From: Lingula anatina
Lineage: Eukaryota > Animalia > Brachiopoda
DNA: 64,000 bases
Reading direction: 5' to 3'
NCBI GenBank assembly: GCA_051362555.1
Contig: CM120641.1
Span: forward strand, 17,732,001-17,796,000
Part shown: positions 62,823 through 64,000 of the stretch, in pieces
Position numbering within the stretch: position 1 is the first letter of the stretch
Layout: each line of letters begins with the position of its first letter
Program-made: the position numbers and the translations under genes
Notes under the pieces: generated by a model
What the model was told of the DNA's origin: nothing
The model's database searches: none
What the model saw: the letters and a program-made list of their open reading frames with translations, nothing else

Positions 62823-64000
62823 CTGAAATTCATCATAAGACAATCCTATAATTGGTACAATGTCTGATGCAATTTACCTAGAATTACCACTTTGACAACA
62901 TCTTTGAACTCTAATTTTCTTAGCACCCTGGACTAACCCAGGATGCTTTGTAATAAGCTTCATAATTTATACTATTTCTCTGAAATACTATTTCCCCAAG
63001 AACTCTTGGCTGACAATTTTAATAAAGAAAACTCATTATGATCTAGCTATATGGTTTCTAGGTAACAGCTACATGGTAAGCTCTAGTGGTATTTAACTGA
63101 AATCCCCAGTTCATTCCCCATTTGTTGTATCTATTGCATCTTTATCTTAATGATGAAAATGAGATTATGAGGATTTTACAGAGAGTCGATTTAAGTGCCA
63201 ATCACTCCTTTCCACTTCATATAACTAAATATTCTTATTTTATAACAGCTTTGTGCTATGTCAAGGATTTTCAAAAGATAACTGTCAGCAAGGGTGTATA
63301 TTCTGGAGAAATCAATACATAGCATATGTGTCATACAAACTTTGCTACTGTGACAGCCATGTAATAATGTAATTGGAGATGAGAGAGGCAGGAAAGTGCA
63401 GAATATTGATTTTTTGCACAATGGAGTCTTCATTTCTTTGCCACTTAACACAAAACATCTTTCAATCAAATACAAAAAAAAAAAAAAAAAAAAATCTATT
63501 GCGTACCCTCTAATTTGTCTCTCACTCTTTCTTATTAAAATGTAAATGTTTTCTTTAACAAATTAAAAAAAATATGTAAAATGTTTTTCCTCCTAAGTTA
63601 TTTATTTGTGAATAAGAAAATTATCTATATTACAAAATATTCCATCTGATAAGTAGCCTAATCACTCCAGGTTCTGTACGACCAGAATCATGATATTATT
63701 AATAGTTGTACAAACTAACTTGAGAGGGGCTTAGAGAAGAATTAATTCACTGACAGAAGAATTAATTTTAGGTCTGTGTGTGTTTAGGAGGTCTATATCT
63801 GAAATCTTATTTACTACTGTTTTGGACAAATCACTCATTAGCGAGTAACTTGCATTTGCAAGCAAGTATTTGACTTAAATTCTGGTTGCTGAACCATACT
63901 ACCAAGTGCAGAAAGTTAACATTGGGCACTGTTGAGTAAAATTAGGCACTGAAGTGAGATTTGAAATTACTAGTAGCAGGATTTTGTCACTTCCAGGGAC

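Noticed and set aside
62823-64000. First coding exon of the ETNPPL-like gene
   Set aside because: No convincing ATG exon with a phase-2 donor was found; it probably lies beyond the window.

Overview
AT-rich, intron-rich animal genomic DNA; the gene content and repeat types suggest a lophotrochozoan invertebrate, but the taxon is inference. Most ORFs in the supplied track are spurious, so I rebuilt the spliced genes by hand from GT/GC-AG boundaries and reading-frame phase. From left to right: (1) the 3' end of a death-domain protein gene (+); (2) a complete 6-exon CENP-X/MHF2 gene (+); (3) a 3.7-kb non-autonomous Academ-like DNA transposon with very long TIRs, a GGA TSD and a decayed Tc1 transposase inside; (4) a complete 4-exon LRRC20 gene (+) with a GC-AG first intron; (5) a divergent (head-to-head) pair of paralogous LIM-less Zasp/ALP-Enigma-type PDZ genes, one on - (22260-33992, apparently with many alternative exons) and one on + (39249-53134); (6) an ETNPPL/PHYKPL-like class-III PLP enzyme gene (-, first exon not found) whose putative phosphate-binding residues are systematically replaced. 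Many MITEs (Kolobok-, Harbinger-, hAT-, pogo-, CMC- and Helentron-like) and tandem repeats are interspersed. The most interesting signal is that both PDZ paralogs end in a class-I PDZ-ligand tail (-VSDF, -SSDL) resembling the alpha-actinin C-terminus (-ESDL) that this PDZ family binds, which suggests a head-to-tail self/hetero-assembling Z-disc scaffold pair.
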